The notes under the pieces were generated by a model. The model was not told the origin of the DNA. It worked only from the letters and a program-made list of their open reading frames with translations, and did no database searches. Made by a program: the position numbers and the translations under genes. DNA of 64,000 bases from Auanema rhodensis (taxonomy: Eukaryota; Animalia; Nematoda), in the NCBI GenBank assembly GCA_964057225.1, contig OZ059894.1, forward strand, positions 434,001 to 498,000, read 5' to 3'. This document shows, piece after piece, positions 25,201 to 40,200 of this stretch (its first letter is position 1; every line of letters begins with the position of its first letter).

Positions 25201-28200
25201 CGACATGGGGAATCTAATTTTGAAAACCGCATCTCTTTATCTTTCACGTGAAACGAGTTACATACCAAGTGCACATCACGTGTACATTTAATTAGCATAA
25301 ATTAAAGTTCACGTAAATTTCAAAGTCATGGTTACCATGCACCAATATCAATAAAATATTGTTTTTAGACTAATATGGACATGGGGAATCTAATTTTGAA
25401 AACTGCATCTCTTTATCTTTCACGTGAAGCGAGTTACATACCAAGTGCACATCACGTGTACATTTAATTAGCATAAATTAAAGTTCACGTTATTTTCAAA
25501 GACATGGTTACCATGAACCAATATCAATAAAAATTTGTTTTTAGACTAATATGGACATGGGGAATCTAATTTTGAAAACCGCATCTCTTCATCTTTCACG
25601 TGAAGCGAGTTACATACCAAGTGCACATCACGTGTACATTTAATTAGCATAAATTAAAGTTCACGTAAATTTCAAAGTCATGGTTACCATGAACCAATAT
25701 CAATAAAAATTTGTTTTTAGACTAATATCGACATGGGGAATCTAATTTTGAAAACCGCATCTCTTTATCTTTCACGTGAAACGAGTTACATACCAAGTGC
25801 ACATCACGTGTACATTTAATTAGCATAAATTAAAGTTCACGTAAATTTCAAAGTCATGGTTACCATGCACCAATATCAATAAAATATTGTTTTTAGACTA
25901 ATATGGACATGGGGAATCTAATTTTGAAAACTGCATCTCTTTATCTTTCACGTGAAGCGAGTTACATACCAAGTGCACATCACGTGTACATTTAATTAGC
26001 ATAAATTAAAGTTCACGTTATTTTCAAAGACATGGTTACCATGAACCAATATCAATAAAAATTTGTTTTTAGACTAATATGGACATGGGGAATCTAATTT
26101 TGAAAACCGCATCTCTTCATCTTTCACGTGAAGCGAGTTACATACCAAGTGCACATCACGTGTACATTTAATTAGCATAAATTAAAGTTCACGTAAATTT
26201 CAAAGTCATGGTTACCATGAACCAATATCAATAAAAATTTGTTTTTAGACTAATATGGACATGGGGAATCTAGTTTTGAAAACCGCATCTCTTTATCTTT
26301 CACGTGAAGCGAGTTACATACCAAGTGCACATCACGTGTACATTTAATTAGCATAAATTAAAGTTCACGTAAATTTCAAAGTCATGGTTACCATGCACCA
26401 ATATCAATAAAAATTTGTTTTTAGACCAATATGGACATGGGGAATCTAATTTTGAAAACCGCATCTCTTTATCTTTCACGTGAAGCGAGTTACATACCAA
26501 GTGCACATCACGTGTACATTTAATTAGCATAAATTAAAGTTCACGTAAATTTCAAAGTCATGGTTACCATGCACCAATATCAATAAAATATTGTTTTTAG
26601 ACTAATATGGACATGGGGAATCTAATTTTGAAAACTGCATCTCTTTATCTTTCACGTGAAGCGAGTTACATACCAAGTGCACATCACGTGTACATTTAAT
26701 TAGCATAAATTAAAGTTCACGTTATTTTCAAAGACATGGTTACCATGCACCAATATCAATAAAAATTTGTTTTTAGACCAATATGGACATGGGGAATCTA
26801 ATTTTGAAAACCGCATCTCTTTATCTTTCACGTGAAGCGAGTTACATACCAAGTGCACATCACGTGTACATTTAATTAGCATAAATTAAAGTTCACGTAA
26901 ATTTCAAAGTCATGGTTACCATGCACCAATATCAATAAAATATTGTTTTCAGACTAATATGGACATGGGGAATCTAATTTTGAAAACTGCATCTCTTTAT
27001 CTTTCACGTGAAGCGAGTTACATACCAAGTGCACATCACGTGTACATTTAATTAGCATAAATTAAAGTTCACGTAAATTTCAAAGTCATGGTTACCATGC
27101 ACCAATATCAATAAAATATTGTTTTTAGACTAATATGGACATGGGGAATCTAATTTTGAAAACTGCATCTCTTTATCTTTCACGTGAAGCGAGTTACATA
27201 CCAAGTGCACATCACGTGTACATTTAATTAGCATAAATTAAAGTTCACGTTATTTTCAAAGACATGGTTACCATGAACCAATATCAATAAAAATTTGTTT
27301 TTAGACTAATATGGACATGGGGAATCTAATTTTGAAAACCGCATCTCTTCATCTTTCACGTGAAGCGAGTTACATACCAAGTGCACATCACGTGTACATT
27401 TAATTAGCATAAATTAAAGTTCACGTAAATTTCAAAGTCATGGTTACCATGAACCAATATCAATAAAAATTTGTTTTTAGACTAATATGGACATGGGGAA
27501 TCTAGTTTTGAAAACCGCATCTCTTTATCTTTCACGTGAAGCGAGTTACATACCAAGTGCACATCACGTGTACATTTAATTAGCATAAATTAAAGTTCAC
27601 GTAAATTTCAAAGTCATGGTTACCATGCACCAATATAAATAAAAATTTGTTTTTAGACTAATATGGTCATGGGGAATCTAATTTTGAAAACCGCATCTCT
27701 TTATCTTTCACGTGAAGCGAGTTACATACCAAGTGCACATCACGTGTACATTCAATTAGCATAAATTAAAGTTCACGTAAATTTCAAAATCATGGTTATC
27801 ATGAATTAATATCAATAAAAATTTGTTTTTGGACTAATATGGACATGGGGATTCTAGTTTTGAAAACCGCATCTCTTTATCTTTCACGTGAAGCGAGTTA
27901 CATACCAAGTGCACATCACGTGTACATTTAATTAGCATAAATTAAAGTTCACGTAAATTTCAAAGTCATGGTTATCATGAATTAATATCAATAAAAATTT
28001 GTTTTTGGACTAATATGGACATGGGGATTCTAGTTTTGAAAACCGCATCTCTTTATCTTTCACGTGAAGCGAGTTACATACCAAGTGCACATCACGTGTA
28101 CATTTAATTAGCATAAATTAAAGTTCACGTAAATTTCAAAGTCATGGTTATCATGAATTAATATCAATAAAAATTTGTTTTTGGACTAATATGGACATGG

Positions 28201-31200
28201 GGATTCTAGTTTTGAAAACCGCATCTCTTTATCTTTCACGTGAAGCGAGTTACATACCAAGTGCACATCACGTGTACATTTAATTAGCATAAATTAAAGT
28301 TCACGTAAATTTCAAAATCATGGTTATCATGAATTAATATCAATAAAAATTTGTTTTTGGACTAATATGGACATGGGGATTCTAGTTTTGAAAACCGCAT
28401 CTCTTTATCTTTCACGTGAAGCGAGTTACATACCAAGTGCACATCACGTGTACATTTAATTAGCATAAATTAAAGTTCACGTAAATTTCAAAATCATGGT
28501 TATCATGAATTAATATCAATAAAAATTTGTTTTTGGACTAATATGGACATGGGGATTCTAGTTTTGAAAACCGCATCTCTTTATCTTTCACGTGAAGCGA
28601 GTTACATACCAAATGCACATCACGTGTACATTCAATTAGCATAAATTAAAGTTCACGTAAATTTCAAAATCATGGTTATCATGAATTAATATCAATAAAA
28701 ATTTGTTTTTGGACTAATATGGACATGGGGATTCTAGTTTTGAAAACCGCATCTCTTTATCTTTCACGTGAAGCGAGTTACATACCAAGTGCACATCACG
28801 TGTACATTTAATTAGCATAAATTAAAGTTCACGTAAATTTCAAAGTCATGGTTACCATGCACCAATATAAATAAAAATTTGTTTTTAGACTAATATGGAC
28901 ATGGGGAATCTAATTTTGAAAACCGCATCTCTTTATCTTTCACGTGAAGCGAGTTACATACCAAGTGCACATCACGTGTACATTCAATTAGCATAAATTA
29001 AAGTTCACGTAAATTTCAAAATCATGGTTATTATGAATTAATATCAATAAAAATTTGTTTTTGGACTAATATGGACATGGGGATTCTAATTTTGAAAACC
29101 GCATCTCTTTATCTTTCACGTGAAGCGAGTTACATACCAAGTGCACATCACGTGTACATTTAATTAGCATAAATTAAAGTTCACGTAATTTTCAAAGACA
29201 TGGTTACCATGAACCAATATCAATAAAAATTTGTTTTTAGACTAATATGGACATGGGGAATATAATTTTGAAAACCGCATCTCTTTATCTTTCACGTGAA
29301 GCGAGTTACATACCAAGTGCACATCACGTGTACATTTAATTAGCATAAATTAAAATTCACGTAAATTTCAAAGTCATGGTTACCATGCACCAATATCAAT
29401 AAAAATTTGTTTTTAGACTAATATGGACATGGGGAATCTAATTTTGAAAACCGCATCTCTTTATCTTTCACGTGAAGCGAGTTACATACCAAGTGCACAT
29501 CACGTGTACATTTAATTAGCATAAATTAAAGTTCACGTAAATTTCAAAGTCATGGTTACCATGAACCAATATCAATAAAAATTTGTTTTTAGACTAATAT
29601 GGACATGGGGAATCTAATTTTGAAAACCGCATCTCTTTATCTTTCACGTGAAGCGAGTTACATACCAAGTGCACATCTCGTGTACATTTAATTAGCATAA
29701 ATTAAAGTTCACGTAATTTTCAAAGACATGGTTACCATGAACCAATATCAATAAAAGTTTGTTTTTAGACTAATATGGACATGGGGAATCTAATTTTGAA
29801 AACCGCATCTCTTTATCTTTCACGTGAAGCGAGTTACATACCAAGTGCACATCACGTGTACATTTAATTAGCATAAATTAAAGTTCACGTAAATTTCAAA
29901 GTCATGGTTACCATGCACCAATATCAATAAAAATTTGTTTTTAGACTAATATGTACATGGGGAATCTAATTTTGAAAACCGCATCTCTTTATCTTTCACG
30001 TGAAGCGAGTTACATACCAAGTGCACATCACGTGTACATTTAATTAGCATAAATTAAAGTTCACGTAATTTTCAAAGACATGGTTACCATGAACCAATAT
30101 CAATAAAAATTTGTTTTTAGACTAATATGGACATGGGGAATCTAATTTTAAAAACCGCATCTCTTTATCTTTCACGTGAAGCGAGTTACATACCAAGTGC
30201 ACATCACGTGTACATTTAATTAGCATAAATTAAAGTTCACGTAAATTTCAAAGACATGGTTACCATTAACCAATATCAATAAAAATTTGTTTTTAGACTA
30301 ATATGGACATGGGGAATCTAATTTTGAAAACCGCATCTCTTTATCTTTCACGTGAAGCGAGTTACATACCAAGTGCACATCACGTGTACATTTAATTAGC
30401 ATAAATTAAAGTTCACGTAAATTTCAAAGTCATGGTTACCATGCACCAATATCAATAAAAATTTGTTTTTAGACTAATATGGACATGGGGAATCTAATTT
30501 TGAAAACCGCATCTCTTTATCTTTCACGTGAAGCGAGTTACATACCAAGTGCACATCACGTGTACATTTAATTAGCATAAATTAAAGTTCACGTAATTTT
30601 CAAAGACATGGTTACCATGAACCAATATCAATAAAAGTTTGTTTTTAGACTAATATGGACATGGGGAATCTAATTTTGAAAACCGCATCTCTTTATCTTT
30701 CACGTGAAGCGAGTTACATACCAAGTGCACATCACGTGTACATTTAATTAGCATAAATTAAAGTTCACGTTATTTTCAAAGACATGGTTACCATGAACCA
30801 ATATCAATAAAAATTTGTTTTTAGACTAATATGGACATGGGGAATCTAATTTTGAAAACCGCATCTCTTCATCTTTCACGTGAAGCGAGTTACATACCAA
30901 GTGCACATCACGTGTACATTTAATTAGCATAAATTAAAGTTCACGTAAATTTCAAAGTCATGGTTACCATGAACCAATATCAATAAAAATTTGTTTTTAG
31001 ACTAATATGGACATGGGGAATCTAGTTTTGAAAACCGCATCTCTTTATCTTTCACGTGAAGCGAGTTACATACCAAGTGCACATCACGTGTACATTTAAT
31101 TAGCATAAATTAAAGTTCACGTAAATTTCAAAGTCATGGTTACCATGAACCAATATCAATAAAAATTTGTTTTTAGACTAATATGGACATGGGGAATCTA

Positions 31201-34200
31201 ATTTTGAAAACCGCATCTCTTTATCTTTCACGTGAAGCGAGTTACATACCAAGTGCACATCACGTGTACATTTAATTAGCATAAATTAAAGTTCACGTAA
31301 ATTTCAAAGTCATGGTTACCATGCACCAATATCAATAAAATATTGTTTTTAGACTAATATGGACATGGGGAATCTAATTTTGAAAACTGCATCTCTTTAT
31401 CTTTCACGTGAAGCGAGTTACATACCAAGTGCACATCATGTGTACATTTAATTAGCATAAATTAAAGTTCACGTTATTTTCAAAGACATGGTTACCATGA
31501 ACCAATATCAATAAAAATTTGTTTTTAGACTAATATGGACATGGGGAATCTAATTTTGAAAACCGCATCTCTTCATCTTTCACGTGAAGCGAGTTACATA
31601 CCAAGTGCACATCACGTGTACATTTAATTAGAATAAATTAATGTTCACGTAAATTTCAAAGTCATGGTTACCATGAACCAATATCAATAAAAATTTGTTT
31701 TTAGACTAATATGGACATGGGGAATCTAATTTTGAAAACCGCATCTCTTTATCTTTCACGTGAAGCGAGTTACATACCAAGTGCACATCACGTGTACATT
31801 TAATTAGCATAAATTAAAGTTCACGTAAATTTCAAAGTCATGGTTACCATGAACCAATATCAATAAAAATTTGTTTTTAGACTAATATCGACATGGGGAA
31901 TCTAATTTTGAAAACCGCATCTCTTTATCTTTCACGTGAAACGAGTTACATACCAAGTGCACATCACGTGTACATTTAATTAGCATAAATTAAAGTTCAC
32001 GTAAATTTCAAAGTCATGGTTACCATGCACCAATATCAATAAAATATTGTTTTTAGACTAATATGGACATGGGGAATCTAATTTTGAAAACTGCATCTCT
32101 TTATCTTTCACGTGAAGCGAGTTACATACCAAGTGCACATCACGTGTACATTTAATTAGCATAAATTAAAGTTCACGTTATTTTCAAAGACATGGTTACC
32201 ATGAACCAATATCAATAAAAATTTGTTTTTAGACTAATATGGACATGGGGAATCTAATTTTGAAAACCGCATCTCTTCATCTTTCACGTGAAGCGAGTTA
32301 CATACCAAGTGCACATCACGTGTACATTTAATTAGCATAAATTAAAGTTCACGTAAATTTCAAAGTCATGGTTACCATGAACCAATATCAATAAAAATTT
32401 GTTTTTAGACTAATATGGACATGGGGAATCTAGTTTTGAAAACCGCATCTCTTTATCTTTCACGTGAAGCGAGTTACATACCAAGTGCACATCACGTGTA
32501 CATTTAATTAGCATAAATTAAAGTTCACGTAAATTTCAAAGTCATGGTTACCATGCACCAATATAAATAAAAATTTGTTTTTAGACTAATATGGTCATGG
32601 GGAATCTAATTTTGAAAACCGCATCTCTTTATCTTTCACGTGAAGCGAGTTACATACCAAGTGCACATCACGTGTACATTCAATTAGCATAAATTAAAGT
32701 TCACGTAAATTTCAAAATCATGGTTATCATGAATTAATATCAATAAAAATTTGTTTTTGGACTAATATGGACATGGGGATTCTAGTTTTGAAAACCGCAT
32801 CTCTTTATCTTTCACGTGAAGCGAGTTACATACCAAGTGCACATCACGTGTACATTTAATTAGCATAAATTAAAGTTCACGTAAATTTCAAAGTCATGGT
32901 TATCATGAATTAATATCAATAAAAATTTGTTTTTGGACTAATATGGACATGGGGATTCTAGTTTTGAAAACCGCATCTCTTTATCTTTCACGTGAAGCGA
33001 GTTACATACCAAGTGCACATCACGTGTACATTTAATTAGCATAAATTAAAGTTCACGTAAATTTCAAAGTCATGGTTATCATGAATTAATATCAATAAAA
33101 ATTTGTTTTTGGACTAATATGGACATGGGGATTCTAGTTTTGAAAACCGCATCTCTTTATCTTTCACGTGAAGCGAGTTACATACCAAGTGCACATCACG
33201 TGTACATTTAATTAGCATAAATTAAAGTTCACGTAAATTTCAAAATCATGGTTATCATGAATTAATATCAATAAAAATTTGTTTTTGGACTAATATGGAC
33301 ATGGGGATTCTAGTTTTGAAAACCGCATCTCTTTATCTTTCACGTGAAGCGAGTTACATACCAAGTGCACATCACGTGTACATTTAATTAGCATAAATTA
33401 AAGTTCACGTAAATTTCAAAATCATGGTTATCATGAATTAATATCAATAAAAATTTGTTTTTGGACTAATATGGACATGGGGATTCTAGTTTTGAAAACC
33501 GCATCTCTTTATCTTTCACGTGAAGCGAGTTACATACCAAATGCACATCACGTGTACATTCAATTAGCATAAATTAAAGTTCACGTAAATTTCAAAATCA
33601 TGGTTATCATGAATTAATATCAATAAAAATTTGTTTTTGGACTAATATGGACATGGGGATTCTAGTTTTGAAAACCGCATCTCTTTATCTTTCACGTGAA
33701 GCGAGTTACATACCAAGTGCACATCACGTGTACATTTAATTAGCATAAATTAAAGTTCACGTAAATTTCAAAGTCATGGTTACCATGCACCAATATAAAT
33801 AAAAATTTGTTTTTAGACTAATATGGACATGGGGAATCTAATTTTGAAAACCGCATCTCTTTATCTTTCACGTGAAGCGAGTTACATACCAAGTGCACAT
33901 CACGTGTACATTCAATTAGCATAAATTAAAGTTCACGTAAATTTCAAAATCATGGTTATTATGAATTAATATCAATAAAAATTTGTTTTTGGACTAATAT
34001 GGACATGGGGATTCTAATTTTGAAAACCGCATCTCTTTATCTTTCACGTGAAGCGAGTTACATACCAAGTGCACATCACGTGTACATTTAATTAGCATAA
34101 ATTAAAGTTCACGTAATTTTCAAAGACATGGTTACCATGAACCAATATCAATAAAAATTTGTTTTTAGACTAATATGGACATGGGGAATCTAATTTTGAA

Positions 34201-37200
34201 AACCGCATCTCTTTATCTTTCACGTGAAGCGAGTTACATACCAAGTGCACATCACGTGTACATTTAATTAGCATAAATTAAAATTCACGTAAATTTCAAA
34301 GTCATGGTTACCATGCACCAATATCAATAAAAATTTGTTTTTAGACTAATATGGACATGGGGAATCTAATTTTGAAAACCGCATCTCTTTATCTTTCACG
34401 TGAAGCGAGTTACATACCAAGTGCACATCACGTGTACATTTAATTAGCATAAATTAAAGTTCACGTAAATTTCAAAGTCATGGTTACCATGAACCAATAT
34501 CAATAAAATATTGTTTTTAGACTAATATGGACATGGGGAATCTAATTTCGAAAACCGCATCTCTTTATCTTTCACGTGAAGCGAGTTACATACCAAGTGC
34601 ACATCACGTGTACATTTAATTAGCATAAATTAAAGTTCACGTAAATTTCAAAGTCATGGTTACCATGAACCAATATCAATAAAAATTTGTTTTTAGACTA
34701 ATATGGACATGGGGAATCTAATTTTGAAAACCGCATCTCTTTATCTTTCACGTGAAGCGAGTTACATACCAAGTGCACATCTCGTGTACATTTAATTAGC
34801 ATAAATTAAAGTTCACGTAATTTTCAAAGACATGGTTACCATGAACCAATATCAATAAAAGTTTGTTTTTAGACTAATATGGACATGGGGAATCTAATTT
34901 TGAAAACCGCATCTCTTTATCTTTCACGTGAAGCGAGTTACATACCAAGTGCACATCACGTGTACATTTAATTAGCATAAATTAAAGTTCACGTAAATTT
35001 CAAAGTCATGGTTACCATGCACCAATATCAATAAAAATTTGTTTTTAGACTAATATGTACATGGGGAATCTAATTTTGAAAACCGCATCTCTTTATCTTT
35101 CACGTGAAGCGAGTTACATACCAAGTGCACATCACGTGTACATTTAATTAGCATAAATTAAAGTTCACGTAATTTTCAAAGACATGGTTACCATGAACCA
35201 ATATCAATAAAAATTTGTTTTTAGACTAATATGGACATGGGGAATCTAATTTTAAAAACCGCATCTCTTTATCTTTCACGTGAAGCGAGTTACATACCAA
35301 GTGCACATCACGTGTACATTTAATTAGCATAAATTAAAGTTCACGTAAATTTCAAAGACATGGTTACCATTAACCAATATCAATAAAAATTTGTTTTTAG
35401 ACTAATATGGACATGGGGAATCTAATTTTGAAAACCGCATCTCTTTATCTTTCACGTGAAGCGAGTTACATACCAAGTGCACATCACGTGTACATTTAAT
35501 TAGCATAAATTAAAGTTCACGTAAATTTCAAAGTCATGGTTACCATGCACCAATATCAATAAAAATTTGTTTTTAGACTAATATGGACATGGGGAATCTA
35601 ATTTTGAAAACCGCATCTCTTTATCTTTCACGTAAAGCGAGTTACATACCAAGTGCACATCACGTGTACATTTAATTAGCATAAATTAAAGTTCACGTAA
35701 TTTTCAAAGACATGGTTACCATGAACCAATATCAATAAAAGTTTGTTTTTAGACTAATATGGACATGGGGAATCTAATTTTGAAAACCGCATCTCTTTAT
35801 CTTTCACGTGAAGCGAGTTACATACCAAGTGCACATCACGTGTACATTTAATTAGCATAAATTAAAGTTCACGTAAATTTCAAAGTCATGGTTACCATGC
35901 ACCAATATCAATAAAAATTTGTTTTTAGACTAATATGTACATGGGGAATCTAATTTTGAAAACCGCATCTCTTTATCTTTCACGTGAAGCGAGTTACATA
36001 CCAAGTGCACATCACGTGTACATTTAATTAGCATAAATTAAAGTTCACGTAATTTTCAAAGACATGGTTACCATGAACCAATATCAATAAAAATTTGTTT
36101 TTAGACTAATATGGACATGGGGAATCTAATTTTAAAAACCGCATCTCTTTATCTTTCACGTGAAGCGAGTTACATACCAAGTGCACATCACGTGTACATT
36201 TAATTAGCATAAATTAAAGTTCACGTAAATTTCAAAGACATGGTTACCATTAACCAATATCAATAAAAATTTGTTTTTAGACTAATATGGACATGGGGAA
36301 TCTAATTTTGAAAACCGCATCTCTTTATCTTTCACGTGAAGCGAGTTACATACCAAGTGCACATCACGTGTACATTTAATTAGCATAAATTAAAGTTCAC
36401 GTCAATTTCAAAGTCATGGTTACCATGCACCAATATCAATAAAAATTTGTTTTTAGACTAATATGGACATGGGGAATCTAATTTTGAAAACCGCATCTCT
36501 TTATCTTTCACGTGAAGCGAGTTACATACCAAGTGCACATCACGTGTACATTTAATTAGCATAAATTAAAGTTCACGTAAATTTCAAAGTCATGGTTACC
36601 ATGAACCAATATCAATAAAAATTTGTTTTTAGACTAATATGGACATGGGGAATCTAATTTTGAAAACCGCATCTCTTTATCTTTCACGTGAAGCGAGTTA
36701 CATACCAAGTGCACATCACGTGTACATTTAATTAGCATAAATTAAAGTTCACGTAAATTTCAAAGTCATGGTTACCATGCACCAATATCAATAAAAATTT
36801 GTTTTTAGACTAATATGGACATGGGGAATCTAATTTTGAAAACCGCATCTCTTTATCTTTCACGTGAAGCGAGTTACATACCAAGTGCACATCACGTGTA
36901 CATTTAATTAGCATAAATTAAAGTTCACGTCAATTTCAAAGTCATGGTTACCATGCACCAATATCAATAAAAATTTGTTTTTAGACTAATATGGACATGG
37001 GGAATCTAATTTTGAAAACCGCATCTCTTTATCTTTCACGTGAAGCGAGTTACATACCAAGTGCACATCACGTGTACATTTAATTAGCATAAATTAAAGT
37101 TCACGTAAATTTCAAAGTCATGGTTACCATGAACCAATATCAATAAAAATTTGTTTTTAGACTAATATGGACATGGGGAATCTAATTTTGAAAACCGCAT

Positions 37201-40200
37201 CTCTTTATCTTTCACGTGAAGCGAGTTACATACCAAGTGCACATCACGTGTACATTTAATTAGCATAAATTAAAGTTCACGTAAATTTCAAAGTCATGGT
37301 TACCATGCACCAATATCAATAAAAATTTGTTTTTAGACTAATATGGACATGGGGAATCTAATTTTGAAAACCGCATCTCTTTATCTTTCACGTGAAGCGA
37401 GTTACATACCAAGTGCACATCACGTGTACATTTAATTAGCATAAATTAAAGTTCACGTAATTTTCAAAGACATGGTTACCATGCACCAATATCGATAAAA
37501 ATTTGTTTTTAGACTAATATGGACATGGGGAATCTAATTTTGAAAACCGCATCTCTTTATCTTTCACGTGAAGCGAGTTACATACCAAGTGCACATCACG
37601 TGTACATTTAATTAGCATAAATTAAAGTTCACGTAAATTTCAAAGTCATGGTTACCATGAACCAATATCAATAAAAATTTGTTTTTAGACTAATATGGAC
37701 ATAGGGAATCTAATTTTAAAAACCGCATCTCTTTATCTTTCACGTGAAGCGAGTTACATACCAAGTGCACATCACGTGTACATTTAATTAGCATAAATTA
37801 AAGTTCACGTAAATTTCAAAGACATGGTTACCATTAACCAATATCAATAAAAATTTGTTTTTAGACTAATATGGACATGGGGAATCTAATTTTGAAAACC
37901 GCATCTCTTTATCTTTCACGTGAAGCGAGTTACATACCAAGTGCACATCACGTGTACATTTAATTAGCATAAATTAAAGTTCACGTAAATTTCAAAGTCA
38001 TGGTTACCATGAACCAATATCAATAAAAATTTGTTTTTAGACTAATATCGACATGGGGAATCTAATTTTGAAAACCGCATCTCTTTATCTTTCACGTGAA
38101 GCGAGTTACATACCAAGTGCACATCACGTGTACATTTAACTAGCATAAATTAAAGTTCACGTAAATTTCAAAGTCATGGTTACCATGAACCAATATCAAT
38201 AAAAATTTGTTTTTAGACTAATATGGACATGGGGAATCTAATTTTGAAAACCGCATCTCTTTATCTTTCACGTGAAGCGAGTTACATACCAAGTGCACAT
38301 CACGTGTACATTTAATTAGCATAAATTAAAGTTCACGTAATTTTCAAAGTCATGGTTACCATGAACCAATATCAATAAAAATTTGTTTTTAGACTAATAT
38401 GGACATGGGGAATCTAATTTTGAAAACCGCATCTCTTTATCTTTCACGTGAAGCGAGCTACATACCAAGTGCACATCACGTGTACATTTAATTAGCATAA
38501 ATTAAAGTTCACGTAAATTTCAAAGTCATGGTTACCATGCACCAATATCAATAAAAATTTGTTTTTAGACTAATATGGACATGGGGAATCTAATTTTGAA
38601 AACCGCATCTCTTTATCTTTCACGTGAAGCGAGTTACATACCAAGTGCACATCACGTGTACATTTAATTAGCATAAATTAAAGTTCACGTAAATTTCAAA
38701 GTCATGGTTACCATGAACCAATATCAATAAAAATTTGTTTTTAGACTAATATGGACATGGGGAATCTAATTTTGAAAACCGCATCTCTTTATCTTTCACG
38801 TGAAGCGAGTTACATACCAAGTGCACATCACGTGTACATTTAATTAGCATAAATTAAAGTTCACGTAATTTTCAAAGACATGGTTACCATGAACCAATAT
38901 CAATAAAAATTTGTTTTTAGACTAATATGGACATAGGGAATCTAATTTTAAAAACCGCATCTCTTTATCTTTCACGTGAAGCGAGTTACATACCAAGTGC
39001 ACATCACGTGTACATTTAATTAGCATAAATTAAAGTTCACGTAAATTTCAAAGACATGGTTACCATTAACCAATATCAATAAAAATTTGTTTTTAGACTA
39101 ATATGGACATGGGGAATCTAATTTTGAAAACCGCATCTCTTTATCTTTCACGTGAAGCGAGTTACATACCAAGTGCACATCACGTGTACATTTAATTAGC
39201 ATAAATTAAAGTTCACGTAATTTTCAAAGACATGGTTACCATGAACCAATATCAATAAAAATTTGTTTTTAGACTAATATGGACATAGGGAATCTAATTT
39301 TAAAAACCGCATCTCTTTATCTTTCACGTGAAGCGAGTTACATACCAAGTGCACATCACGTGTACATTTAATTAGCATAAATTAAAGTTCACGTAAATTT
39401 CAAAGACATGGTTACCATTAACCAATATCAATAAAAATTTGTTTTTAGACTAATATGGACATGGGGAATCTAATTTTGAAAACCGCATCTCTTTATCTTT
39501 CACGTGAAGCGAGTTACATACCAAGTGCACATCACGTGTACATTTAATTAGCATAAATTAAAGTTCACGTAAATTTCAAAGTCATGGTTACCATGAACCA
39601 ATATCAATAAAAATTTGTTTTTAGACTAATATCGACATGGGGAATCTAATTTTGAAAACCGCATCTCTTTATCTTTCACGTGAAGCGAGTTACATACCAA
39701 GTGCACATCACGTGTACATTTAACTAGCATAAATTAAAGTTCACGTAAATTTCAAAGTCATGGTTACCATGAACCAATATCAATAAAAATTTGTTTTTAG
39801 ACTAAAATGGACATGGGGAATCTAATTTTGAAAACCGCATCTCTTTATCTTTCACGTGAAGCGAGTTACATACCAAGTGCACATCACGTGTACATTTAAT
39901 TAGCATAAATTAAAGTTCACGTAATTTTCAAAGTCATGGTTACCATGAACCAATATCAATAAAAATTTGTTTTTAGACTAATATGGACATGGGGAATCTA
40001 ATTTTGAAAACCGCATCTCTTTATCTTTCACGTGAAGCGAGCTACATACCAAGTGCACATCACGTGTACATTTAATTAGCATAAATTAAAGTTCACGTAA
40101 ATTTCAAAGTCATGGTTACCATGCACCAATATCAATAAAAATTTGTTTTTAGACTAATATGGACATGGGGAATCTAATTTTGAAAACCGCATCTCTTTAT

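Noticed and set aside
26348-26882. Two 60-aa minus-strand ORFs
   Set aside because: Same artefact: the GACCAAT variant removes the stop codon. There is no recognisable protein similarity.
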